64,000 nucleotides of DNA from an uncultured Gammaproteobacteria bacterium (GTDB lineage Bacteria; Patescibacteriota; Patescibacteriia; Magasanikbacterales; GWA2-37-8), in NCBI GenBank assembly GCA_964478235.1, contig CAYZGX010000004.1, forward strand, positions 4,320-68,319, read 5' to 3'. A program made the translations under genes and the position numbers. The notes under the pieces were generated by a model that saw nothing but the letters and a program-made list of their open reading frames with translations, did no database searches and was not told the DNA's origin. This document shows, piece by piece, positions 38,101-45,430 of the stretch. Position 1 is the stretch's first letter, and every line of letters begins with the position of its first letter.

Positions 38101-40039
38101 CGGTATTAGTGTCGTTGACAGAGCTGAAGGCACCTGGGGCAACCCAACTACCATTGGCGTTTTGAGTGAGACTATAGGCACGGCAGCCGACATTTTCTTG
38201 AGTACATGAAGCAGTATCGAGCGTGCGATACAAATAAGCTGCCTGACGGCCATTGGCGTCGGTGAAAGCACGACAGGTGGCATACTGTGGGGCACACGTC
38301 TGCGCATCAAACTTCCAAGTATTTTTTTCGCGAGTGCAGTACGCAAAATCATTACAATTGCCATTGGCATCAAAGGCAACACAGGTCTGAACATCAACAC
38401 ATTCTTGGAGGCGATCTGGCACGCCGTTGGTCAAAATGTTTGGGCCGTAGACCAAAGCGTTACATTTAGCTGGCGGAACTTTGAGCACCCAACTTGGATC
38501 AACTAAATGACAGAACGGGAAGTTGGAACTGGCGATACTTGGATCGGTTTGGCATTTCAAAAAGCCGTCAACCACTTCGGAAAGTCTCCATGGGCGATCT
38601 GGACTACTGTTTTTGGCGGCAATTTCAAAACCGAGCGGTAAAATACGCAATTGGCGCAACACTTGGATATTGCTATAACAGTAGGCTTTGTTGAAACAAT
38701 CTTTATCTTTGTTACGACCGTCGTTTTCAGCTGGAGGCAAGAGATACCAGTCGCCATGGAGCCAGCCTTGCGCAATCGCTTCTTGGATAGTCACCGGCTT
38801 GCCAAGCTGAGCTTGTTTGAAAGCCACGACCATCTGGTCATCCATGCGACAATTGTAGAGTCCTGGATTTTCAGGGCAGTTGCTAAGCTGAGAAATAAGA
38901 TCAAAACTTTCTACCGAATCAATTTTTACTGCTTGCAAATAACTAAAGAAGCTTTGGGCCACAGCAACACCACCGCCAGCAATACCATAGAACTCCCCAG
39001 CCAAGCCTTGTTGACTCTGGGCAAATGGACCGCCAGCTGTTCCGCCACTCGCTGGACACTTATCTCCAATACAACCAGCACCAAAGGGTAAAACACCTTT
39101 TTCTTGGAAGTTTTTGACCGCTGTACCCACCAGGGTATTTAAAAACAAAGATAAGGCCGCTGGAATGACCTTAATATCTCCGTTAGCTAGCAAAGCATTC
39201 AACTGATCGTTGGTGGCTTTTTGCTCTTTATCTGGAGTGTTGGCTTTGAATTGTTCGGCGATAAGCGGAGCGGGCGTCTGGATGTCACCGCTAACTTTAC
39301 TTTCTTTAGCTTTAAAACCTTGTCCTTCTTGGCGATCAAGGAGGAGGGCTTCTTTTTGTTGTTTAATGACATTGTTAATTTTTTCAGTGGTCTGACCGTA
39401 GAGACCGAGCGGACTGTCGTCAGTCGAGAGAGATAAACTAAATTGTTTGCTTAGTTGCGCCGTGCCACCATATTTACTTTTCCAAGCATCGCCATCGAGC
39501 CAAGTTTTGGTGAAATTAGAAAAAGTACAATTAGGGGTGCCTTGTGGGCCAGCAAATGTTGGGCCGGTAAACTGGGTGCGGAGACCGACTTTGAAAGCTA
39601 AGTCTAATTTAACATCGGGAATTTTACACAAATTAATACCACCAGCTTTACCAAGCTCATCAAGGGCAGTGCCAGCAGCGCCGTCGGCAACAGAAGATAA
39701 ATAGTCGCCAAAACCTTTGGTTTGGGCAAGTGGGGTTTGACCATTACCGCCAGTCGCGAGCCACACTGCTGAATCATAGGCCACTTTACGGATAGCATAA
39801 CCTACTGCCCGAACCACAGCGTTGACTGAAGCAGCTTTTAAACCTTCCCAAATAATAGTGAGGATGTCGTCTGCAGCTTTTGGAATATCGCTCGTCACAG
39901 TCACTGGAATTTGTGCTGAAGCAACCTGCGGAACCAAAATCGCCCCAAAACTGCTCACAGCAACGACAGCCACCATAGCCCAGGTGGTGAGAATTTTAGA
40001 AATCTTGGAAAACATACGTGGATGTACCGTTTTGAACAA
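32159..40039 (-). CDS. giant (2626 aa) secreted/membrane-anchored Cys-, Gly-, Asn-, Thr-rich surface protein
   Basis: A single uninterrupted ORF with an N-terminal hydrophobic signal/anchor (WAMVAVVAVSSFGAILVPQVASAQ) and over 150 Cys residues. Confidence 0.8.
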   Translation of the reverse strand: MFKTVHPRMFSKISKILTTWAMVAVVAVSSFGAILVPQVASAQIPVTVTSDIPKAADDILTIIWEGLKAASVNAVVRAVGYAIRKVAYDSAVWLATGGNGQTPLAQTKGFGDYLSSVADGAAGTALDELGKAGGINLCKIPDVKLDLAFKVGLRTQFTGPTFAGPQGTPNCTFSNFTKTWLDGDAWKSKYGGTAQLSKQFSLSLSTDDSPLGLYGQTTEKINNVIKQQKEALLLDRQEGQGFKAKESKVSGDIQTPAPLIAEQFKANTPDKEQKATNDQLNALLANGDIKVIPAALSLFLNTLVGTAVKNFQEKGVLPFGAGCIGDKCPASGGTAGGPFAQSQQGLAGEFYGIAGGGVAVAQSFFSYLQAVKIDSVESFDLISQLSNCPENPGLYNCRMDDQMVVAFKQAQLGKPVTIQEAIAQGWLHGDWYLLPPAENDGRNKDKDCFNKAYCYSNIQVLRQLRILPLGFEIAAKNSSPDRPWRLSEVVDGFLKCQTDPSIASSNFPFCHLVDPSWVLKVPPAKCNALVYGPNILTNGVPDRLQECVDVQTCVAFDANGNCNDFAYCTREKNTWKFDAQTCAPQYATCRAFTDANGRQAAYLYRTLDTASCTQENVGCRAYSLTQNANGSWVAPGAFSSVNDTNTGIYFNNKVSTSCSAGSAGCSAFKVAGTGESLFVKKAPDYLKCYDADPTTLMVDQPMTVADLARLDGSASCKDYSGVCIPEEVNCNFYTPTIGGSERVPGKFTPAEVIGNQVDWNDQCDAKCIGYDAYREMPSTYSSGQSVAYIIPSSGTACAAVDEGCSAFTNLSTTQGGLEKTEYFSYLRTCAHPSKEAGKNFITYEGSVQGGFQLKTYLLVENKDISNGPLGAPKYSFKTTAELAEQLASCTETSYKNGTAPLDCRQFNDDSGKVYYRLLSNTIPVSESCTPYRLSTNDFYTVSDGSTNTAGSCSDAKGFWDTSGGVGVCKLCFQNGEYREGSCFYDGLPGGAENTAGVSRSCSASADTCRAYKGNAGNNVEIIFNDTFENVTSTSALSAWGGGALSSESVRVNEHSFSAVAAAGISRATTLIPGQTYDLTFWAKGNVGSISVRVGGMTQPVGATPVNDTWNTYRVGPFTYSNTTSTTQISFVGTQPNTQLFVDNVRVVRVRDLQYLVKKSLSVDPICDSDVADNLPGEALGCSAYADQNNRNYYLTGFSYLCRENAIGCTAVLDTKNTPSQTKASANNVWVPGRGGSTAQVTIGGEAFSCVIPTGDTGCYITVRGHEAAQIKTAISTFSGGASNGFVSSTIYIPSDTTSTYPMYLVANQAATCNQADLGCTFAGAQQLTPGGAQFTTALIKNDPALYDTALCGAEAVGCNAYSDGADTRYFKDPAITGQKVCAYAKGVPVKVPTGAGFTTVQSDGWFWKGVGVCSNDAGKNCSQDSQCGAGNTCTDVGSQPCYRNYLSNGEYSLWSSENTQYNNFVGECPTNQNACTQFVDRTDNNKSYYFLKDNRVSEGDCAGQVSQKEGCAVFDQVDNPNKFFNTKALYASSEANNGRKVPAPVTADPANDGNIIIKVNRDRECGEWLQCQGSKTVFDRDTGKYKDICENVQRCAESDGNGGCKRWVQSNYSNQVLNEDIYRSRSIGWSGMDYTGYSILGLYPVEELTDINFTSSSDKKDYRLIKPIPCGGQNCPDGLSITQQNKSTSCKVDGQVCGKLTNQGLCINKTCVRTIDGKNDFGELEKAQSQICRGYPEKDAPFPFTTFLKNNNAVYGLANKCGETAVPGLDGSPSNTACDCDYTKVNYGDALVRYWNREKPNMTEGLIKAPAASVGLVCVGGDYTDDTEVTGCTEDSQCSSGGGLCRVAGVPVGLCVGGSNGRTADSQEKVCTQNSDCAPDGTCQRQTNSSKLLGYRGYCLETDSRSVLYGNPDDQQCLTWFPGRTNGTADLYNQFVEAGFDAGKLGYAEGGPTYCAQSERWEAVYGYASNLSYYLDCDGKFFNGGSFNGAVSQNDIINKFKNANGDMVSLAEAIALVRNGTYRGSDNSECTLDGGAWACMVAGSTNYVKNMADWSVERNLQDACAPGLVPKVTLINKQPVPACGPDTAGEDEIRISFDCVKPESSIYWRPVGNYPAEFPGQFEVKRTEDRCKVLYETGDNPSTIVGFTQNLWKQVDENAFPSISGDCLPYSATSLNVGLSGFGPGAVVIKSRMFDPQYKCTIGEYFDSPNDRKVKTYFDSDATAVGYQQEDDRFVTQLKKIFAKATRFELSRPTFPTNSQVCYRPPNSDDQIDYNAAMEGQACSVPADCFISSSGGGELSNANYCSATAMLGDAQRTAVCEQTCRTKTTGGYTPESYQEEGDGWDVRGTSGFAPTVLAVGNCRFVGGKERCQEGGKGITVFANNQFYTGGIVPVAAGTPVSLRFFAFADNNQMPIRKLAVNWGDSDNTRDDYISGDPSYYRNQRGAKDGSCEAIVPGSATKRCILKNVFPNELAASVTTTVACVSNNDCQTLDICSPEIIGQSQHFGILQDKTCNAGYYQFKNHVYECNQASENYCRSTSDTSQPNGLCNIGAGGGSFANGFCVFQPKVYAQDNWGWCTGSCNPAKGGCFADACVDRITKSIRPASWQLFGNGTGRVVVPADAPAQ

Positions 40040-40042
40040 TGA

Positions 40043-40657
40043 TTAAGGGCGTGGCGATGTTTTGGCACTCGAGCTAGCATAGGCCGCGGCGGCCATAGCC
40101 AACAATTCTTTATCACTTAGACTTTTAACTACTGCTTCATCAAGACCACCGGCAATAAGGAGTGACCGCACCTGCGCTGGATCAGATAACACCGAGCGAA
40201 TATCTCCTGTTTCAGAAACATCTATCATTTGGGGCTCAACGAGAGTTGAGGTGGCACTAATCGACAAATTACCTTCTCCAGATACAATTGGATTGTCGCA
40301 TTGTTGTCCAGCTGGGCAGTTTGGATTTTGTCCTTTTTCAACTTCCTGCTTATCACTCACACCATCAGAGTCAGTATCTTTCAAATACGGACTGGTCTGG
40401 TATACATATAATTCATCAAAATCATTGAGGCCATCAAAATCAGTATCACGAAAACGAAGCGCTTCTGGCGAATTAACTTCGTCTTTCAAACTTCCTGGAA
40501 CAGTGTTCGTTAGGGCAAATGGCGCATAGAGACGATTGCGGATTTGAAGCGCCCCAAGAGCCACGCTAATAAGCGCAAAAATGAGCAGTAAAGCTACGCC
40601 GAGCTTCTGCTCATGAGAAAACCGTGGCGGCAACGTTTCATTGTCCGTACCGTCCAT
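40043..40657 (-). CDS. membrane-anchored protein with thrombospondin-type-3-like Ca-binding repeats
   Basis: N-terminal TM helix, then DTDFDGLNDFDE / DTDSDGVSD repeats. Stop is 3 nt before the giant gene start. Confidence 0.6.
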   Translation of the reverse strand: MDGTDNETLPPRFSHEQKLGVALLLIFALISVALGALQIRNRLYAPFALTNTVPGSLKDEVNSPEALRFRDTDFDGLNDFDELYVYQTSPYLKDTDSDGVSDKQEVEKGQNPNCPAGQQCDNPIVSGEGNLSISATSTLVEPQMIDVSETGDIRSVLSDPAQVRSLLIAGGLDEAVVKSLSDKELLAMAAAAYASSSAKTSPRP

Positions 40658-40697
40658 AACGCAACAGTGTTAAAAACTGTACGTAGTATACCACAGT

Positions 40698-41540
40698 TTA
40701 CAACTTGGTATAAGTGGATAAACGCTTGGCAAGGAGAATCCAATCTTCCATGGATACTTCTTGTGCTCGAGCCTCGAGCGGAATACCGAGTTCCACAAAA
40801 ATATCCTGCACTTCCCCTTTATGTTTTTTGCCAACAACTGGCAGAAGGTTTTTAATGAGTAATTTACGACGCTGGGCAAAACCGGCTTTGACCAAAGTGA
40901 AAAAAAAGTCACTATCTTTCTTGGCGATGAGCGGTTTTTGGTGTGGGGTGAGGGTAATAACCGCCGAATCAACGGCTGGCACCGGCCAAAACGATGTTTT
41001 TGGCACCTGAGCAGTAATAGTTGGCGTCGCGTAGAGCTGAACGGATAGAGCGAGGAGCGATAAATCTCCTGCCTGAGCACAGATGCGCTCAGCTACCTCT
41101 TTTTGCACCATACACACCAGCACAGTTGGCGGGATGTCTAGTTCTAAAAAAAGTCGAATCACAGCTGAGGTGATCTGATAGGGTAAATTGGCAATAACTT
41201 TGTACGGCACTGGCGGGGGTTCAAAACTGTGAAGAACATTCCCCCACACTACGGTCAAATTCTTGTACTGATCGCGCTTGGCCTCCCAATAGGGGGCGAT
41301 TTTTTTCTCAATCTCATAACTTATCACGGTGCCGGCTTTTTCCACCAAAGGAATGGTGAGCACGCCAAAACCCGGACCAACCTCAACAACCGTGTCTCCA
41401 CTCGAGACACTCCCCGCTTCGAGCATACTGGCGATCACCTGCTCATCGAGCAAATAATTTTGACCGTACTTTTTGGACGGCGTGAGGCTGTATTTTTTAC
41501 ACAGCGACAAAAGATAATCAGGATTAAATAATTTCGACAT
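40698..41540 (-). CDS. rsmA: 16S rRNA (adenine1518/1519-N6)-dimethyltransferase
   Basis: KKYGQNYLLDEQVIASMLEA...VVEVGPGFGVLT (SAM motif I) and NLPYQITS. Confidence 0.9.
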   Translation of the reverse strand: MSKLFNPDYLLSLCKKYSLTPSKKYGQNYLLDEQVIASMLEAGSVSSGDTVVEVGPGFGVLTIPLVEKAGTVISYEIEKKIAPYWEAKRDQYKNLTVVWGNVLHSFEPPPVPYKVIANLPYQITSAVIRLFLELDIPPTVLVCMVQKEVAERICAQAGDLSLLALSVQLYATPTITAQVPKTSFWPVPAVDSAVITLTPHQKPLIAKKDSDFFFTLVKAGFAQRRKLLIKNLLPVVGKKHKGEVQDIFVELGIPLEARAQEVSMEDWILLAKRLSTYTKL

Positions 41541-41548
41541 ACACTATA

Positions 41549-42691
41549 CTATTCAGCTTTAAGACCGGCATCAGTGTAGCGATTGGAGGCGTTCCACATC
41601 AACCAGCCAGCATTACTATATTTTTCAATTGTCTCAATTTGCGCTCGGATTTTTGAGGCATCATAGACTGCTCCGAGATGAAAAGCTTGAATCCACGGGC
41701 GCACCTCGGCGCGAGCACCAGCAAACCACGGCATGCCTTTTTGCATACCGTTATCAAAAACAAGCGCTGGGTGTTCGGCGGGATTTTTGAGTCCCAAATG
41801 CCCCGACGGATAGTGCGATGGATACATCATTGGCGCGATGTAATCAACTTCATTCACGGTATCGGCCAAACGCTGACCAATACTCATATCATCTTCGCCA
41901 CTTTTTTCCATGACAAATCCAAACAAATCAAGTGAGGTCAAAACTGGCTCTGGCTTCATCTTGGCGTTCACATATTTATAAAATCTAGCCATGGTTTCAT
42001 ATTTTTTGCCCGTACTGCTCGCGTAGAGGACCTGGCTCATGTTACCATCAGACGGAAAGCGGACGTAGTCAAAATTAATTTCATCAAAACCATAGGTTGC
42101 CGCTTCTTTGGCTAGCGCGAGATTATACTCCCACACTTCCTGCTTGGTAGGATCAACCCAGAGTAGTCCTTTATGATCATGCCACAAACCGCCACGCTTA
42201 TCTTTGATCGCCCATTCGGGCTTGGCGCGAGCCAGGGCCGGATCTTGAAAAACAGTTTGTCGAGCAATCACATAAATAGCATTGTCGTGCAATGTCTTTA
42301 TAATAGTTTCTAGATTTGGTAACCGATTGTCTTTTAGTTTTTTGTCAACTGCCAAGGGTACTTTGGTGTCGTAAAGTACAAGCCCGCTATAATCTTTAAT
42401 ATCAATAATCACACCATTTAATTCGGTGCGGTTAATCAGGTCGATCATTTCAGCCATTTTTTTAGGACTCCCTGCTGAATAGGCAGTGAGGTAAATCGCT
42501 TTGACGGTTTGCCGAGCCGGCTTGCTTCGCTGAACTGGCGGCGGAGCTTGTATTGGCGCAATAAGAGCTTGAGATATACCATAAATCTCCGCTCCAGCCT
42601 CTTTCCAGGCAGTAGCAACACCAAAAAAACTAACACCAGCTACAACGAGCAAGCTGGTAAAAGAGACGGCTGGTGAAACCACCTGAGACAT
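41549..42691 (-). CDS. membrane-anchored TIM-barrel glycoside-hydrolase-like protein (DUF4015/GH-like)
   Basis: N-terminal TM helix plus motifs GFDEINFDYVRFP and WVDP, typical of GH-like hypothetical hydrolases. Confidence 0.45.
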   Translation of the reverse strand: MSQVVSPAVSFTSLLVVAGVSFFGVATAWKEAGAEIYGISQALIAPIQAPPPVQRSKPARQTVKAIYLTAYSAGSPKKMAEMIDLINRTELNGVIIDIKDYSGLVLYDTKVPLAVDKKLKDNRLPNLETIIKTLHDNAIYVIARQTVFQDPALARAKPEWAIKDKRGGLWHDHKGLLWVDPTKQEVWEYNLALAKEAATYGFDEINFDYVRFPSDGNMSQVLYASSTGKKYETMARFYKYVNAKMKPEPVLTSLDLFGFVMEKSGEDDMSIGQRLADTVNEVDYIAPMMYPSHYPSGHLGLKNPAEHPALVFDNGMQKGMPWFAGARAEVRPWIQAFHLGAVYDASKIRAQIETIEKYSNAGWLMWNASNRYTDAGLKAE

Positions 42692-42694
42692 AGT

Positions 42695-43306
42695 TTAGAG
42701 AGAAATAATTGTTTCACCCTGACGAATAATCGTCAAAGTGCCGTCAGACTGTACTCGTACTATAGTGGTTGGCGGACGTTTCGGCAAGACGCCACGAGCG
42801 AGAATATAATCGGGCTGTACGGCGCGTCCTTGAAACATCGCTTCAACGGCCTGACTATCATACATATCACCGGCGTCAGAGACGTTGCCTGAAGTGGCGA
42901 CTAACGGCTTGTTCATTATTTCGGTGAGCGACACCAAAAAAGGATCGTTCGTCACTCTGACAGCAACCGTACCGTCTTTAGCCACCACCCCCGAAGCAAG
43001 CGCCGGCTGAGCAACATTATTATATTCCCCCACCACCGTGACTGGTCCTGGCCAATAAGTCTTCGCAATTTTTTCCAAGGTATCATTCCAGATAAAATAT
43101 TTTTTGGCCATGGCGATTGTTGGCACCACCACGAGGAGTGGTTTGTCTGATGGTCGGCCTTTGATAGCAAAAACAGCATCTACAGCCGATTGGTTGACGG
43201 CGTCACAACCCAGGCCATACGATGTTTCGGTGGGAACAATCACTGTTTTGCCGTTCAAAAGCTCGACAATGAGCGCTGCGGTGGTACATTCAGTTAACAC
43301 TTTCAT
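42695..43306 (-). CDS. tsaC: L-threonylcarbamoyladenylate synthase (YrdC/Sua5 family)
   Basis: VIVPTETSYGLGCDA...LLVVVP, the YrdC fold signature. Confidence 0.85.
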   Translation of the reverse strand: MKVLTECTTAALIVELLNGKTVIVPTETSYGLGCDAVNQSAVDAVFAIKGRPSDKPLLVVVPTIAMAKKYFIWNDTLEKIAKTYWPGPVTVVGEYNNVAQPALASGVVAKDGTVAVRVTNDPFLVSLTEIMNKPLVATSGNVSDAGDMYDSQAVEAMFQGRAVQPDYILARGVLPKRPPTTIVRVQSDGTLTIIRQGETIISL

Positions 43307-43307
43307 A

Positions 43308-44378
43308 TTAGCGTTTAATCCATTTCAAATAGGCTTCGGCGAGCGGAAGCAATTCACCTTCCAAAACATTTTCTGGATCGGTTGCTTTGTATTCGGTGCG
43401 GTGATCGTTGACCATGTGATAAGGGTGCAATACATACGAGCGAATCTGATTCCCCCATTCGGCCGATTTATATTCCCCGCGTAATTCTTGGCGCTCTTTG
43501 GCTCGCTGTTCTTCGGCCAAGCGGTGGAGTTTGGCTTTCAAAATTTTCATTGCCATATCTTTGTTTTGCGCTTGCGAGCGTTCATTCTGGCATTGCACGG
43601 TGATACCTGTTGGAATATGCACGATGCGCACAGCTGAATACGTGGTGTTTACACTCTGACCACCTTTTCCGCCAGACATAAAAGTATCGATGCGTAAATC
43701 TTCTGCTTTGATAGTTACTTCTACTGAATCATCAACTTCTGGCAAGACTTCTACCAGAGCGAACGAAGTGTGACGCATTTTTTCAGCATCAAACGGTGAG
43801 ATGCGTACCAGTCGATGAACACCGTGTTCAGATTTTAAATAACCAAAAGCATATCGGCCGGTGACTTCAAAGGTTACTGATTTATAACCAGCTTCCGCCC
43901 CGCGCGATTCGTCAATAATTCTGGTTTTCCAACCTTGCTTTTCGGAAAAGCGTAAAATCATGCGTAGTAACATTTCACTCCAATCTTGCGCTTCGGTTCC
44001 CCCGCTCCCTGCATGAATCGCCACGATAGCATTGTTGACATCGTAGGGTCCGCTCAAGAGAAGAGAAAACTCATAGGCGGTAAATTGTTTTTCCAGCTCA
44101 GTAATTTGTAGGGCGAGATCGGGCGCGAGCGCCGGATCACTGGAAAGTTCTAACACATCTGTAACACTTTGCTCAAGCGCTTCCCATTTATCTACTTCTT
44201 GTTTAATCGCCTGATAATCTTGCGTCACCACCTGGGCGCGGTTGCGGTCATTCCAAAAAGAACCCTCATTCATCTCCACTCCCAGCTGCTCCATCTTTTT
44301 TTTGAGACTAGCAAGATTGAGGAGTCTGGTTGTCTCCTCAATTTTTTTAGTGAGCTCTTGCAGTCGTTCCACTGACAT
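43308..44378 (-). CDS. prfB: peptide chain release factor 2 (single uninterrupted ORF)
   Basis: SPF tripeptide (VRISPFDAE) and GGQ (SGGKGGQSVNTT). No internal in-frame UGA frameshift site. Confidence 0.9.
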   Translation of the reverse strand: MSVERLQELTKKIEETTRLLNLASLKKKMEQLGVEMNEGSFWNDRNRAQVVTQDYQAIKQEVDKWEALEQSVTDVLELSSDPALAPDLALQITELEKQFTAYEFSLLLSGPYDVNNAIVAIHAGSGGTEAQDWSEMLLRMILRFSEKQGWKTRIIDESRGAEAGYKSVTFEVTGRYAFGYLKSEHGVHRLVRISPFDAEKMRHTSFALVEVLPEVDDSVEVTIKAEDLRIDTFMSGGKGGQSVNTTYSAVRIVHIPTGITVQCQNERSQAQNKDMAMKILKAKLHRLAEEQRAKERQELRGEYKSAEWGNQIRSYVLHPYHMVNDHRTEYKATDPENVLEGELLPLAEAYLKWIKR

Positions 44379-44381
44379 AGG

Positions 44382-44873
44382 TTAGAAAATTTTTCCAAAA
44401 CTAACAGCGATAAGAAGCGTCACGAGCCCCGAGCCAAGAACAGCTGAGGTGAGATAGATCCACGAATGACGGAAGGGTACGCCGAGCAAAAAAGCGAGCA
44501 TGGCGCCGGTAAAAATACCACTTCCAGGCAACGGCGAAACGACAAAAAATACCAGACCGAGCATGCCATATTTTTCGTATTTTTGAAAACCGTCTTGAGC
44601 TTTTTTTAGATTATTCGCCCATTTTTTTCCAAAAAAAGTTCCAGAATTTTTTTCTACCCAGGCATGAAATCTGTCAGCGTGGTACAGCAAAAGAAGTACT
44701 GGACCAATATTGCCAAGCATAGTCAAAAAATACACTTCCCAAACTGGCATGCGATACACCAAAATCCCAAGCGGAATGGCGGCTCGTTGCTCAAGAACCG
44801 GAATCATAGCAACGAGAAAAACAGCTAATTCGTTTGGAAAACCACTAAGGTAGAGGGCGATTTGATGAAGCAT
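44382..44873 (-). CDS. small multidrug-export-like (COG2426) membrane protein
   Basis: 4 TM helices. The start was chosen at MLHQIAL; the ORF track extends to 44912. Confidence 0.45.
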   Translation of the reverse strand: MLHQIALYLSGFPNELAVFLVAMIPVLEQRAAIPLGILVYRMPVWEVYFLTMLGNIGPVLLLLYHADRFHAWVEKNSGTFFGKKWANNLKKAQDGFQKYEKYGMLGLVFFVVSPLPGSGIFTGAMLAFLLGVPFRHSWIYLTSAVLGSGLVTLLIAVSFGKIF

Positions 44874-44926
44874 AGTGTCAGATAGTGTACAGTATGCCCT
44901 CACTCTACGCAACTCGCATCAAACCC

Positions 44927-44955
44927 TTGACAAAAAGCCCTTTTTCTAGTAGCAT
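44927..44955 (+). promoter_or_regulatory. sigma70 promoter facing islet 5 ORF
   Basis: cTTGACAaaaa (44927-44932), 17 bp spacer, TAGCAT (44950-44955). Confidence 0.5.
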
Positions 44956-44991
44956 GCTCAAGCTTCACCAACCCCGGCCTAGGAGGGCCCC

Positions 44992-45177
44992 ATGTCGAGC
45001 CAGAGCTCAGCAAACGGACACGATGGCGGTACGGACGACGAAGTCAACCTCTCACTCGAGAGCCCGGAGGTCATCTCCGACCATACGAGCAAGAAGGGTG
45101 TCGAATACAACCCCTTCGGCGGGGTCAACATCGACCTCACCAGCTTCCCCGAGTGGATGGAGACCAAGGGCTTCTAG
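44992..45177 (+). CDS. hypothetical 61-aa acidic protein (GC-rich islet 5a)
   Basis: GGAGGG lies 5 nt upstream. MSSQSSANGHDGGTDDEVNLSLESPEVISDHTSKKGVEYNPFGGVNIDLTSFPEWMETKGF. Followed by two hairpins. Confidence 0.5.
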   Translation: MSSQSSANGHDGGTDDEVNLSLESPEVISDHTSKKGVEYNPFGGVNIDLTSFPEWMETKGF

Positions 45178-45223
45178 CCCCCCCCACTTGAAGCCAACAA
45201 CTCGGCTTCCGTTGGGCCACATA

Positions 45224-45286
45224 AAGCCACCCCAACGTCACAATCTGTTGATACCATCGACCGATTGTGACGGGTGGCTTTTTTGT
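45224..45286 (+). terminator. long intrinsic terminator hairpin (aagccacccc...gtcacaatc...gattgtgac gggtggctt followed by T6)
   Basis: Nested inverted repeats followed by ttttttg. Confidence 0.6.
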
Positions 45287-45320
45287 TTCTTGAGATAAAG
45301 AAAAAATAAAGTCCGACCCA

Positions 45321-45349
45321 TTGACAAAAACGTTATTTTTAGCTATAAC
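45321..45349 (+). promoter_or_regulatory. sigma70 promoter for islet 5b ORF
   Basis: TTGACAaaaa (45321-45326), 17 bp spacer, TATAAC (45344-45349). Confidence 0.5.
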
Positions 45350-45430
45350 AGAGGCATCTTGAGACGCTCCAACCAGCGCTCACGAATCCGCGCCATGCCG
45401 GCTCGGAAACAACAAAGCGAGGATAGCTCT

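Noticed and set aside
32185-39798. Numerous 60-250-aa ORFs on both strands inside the 7.9 kb giant gene (for example 33593-34342 plus, 38029-38400 minus)
   Set aside because: They are nested in alternative frames of a single long uninterrupted ORF that has a signal peptide, and none has its own translation signals.
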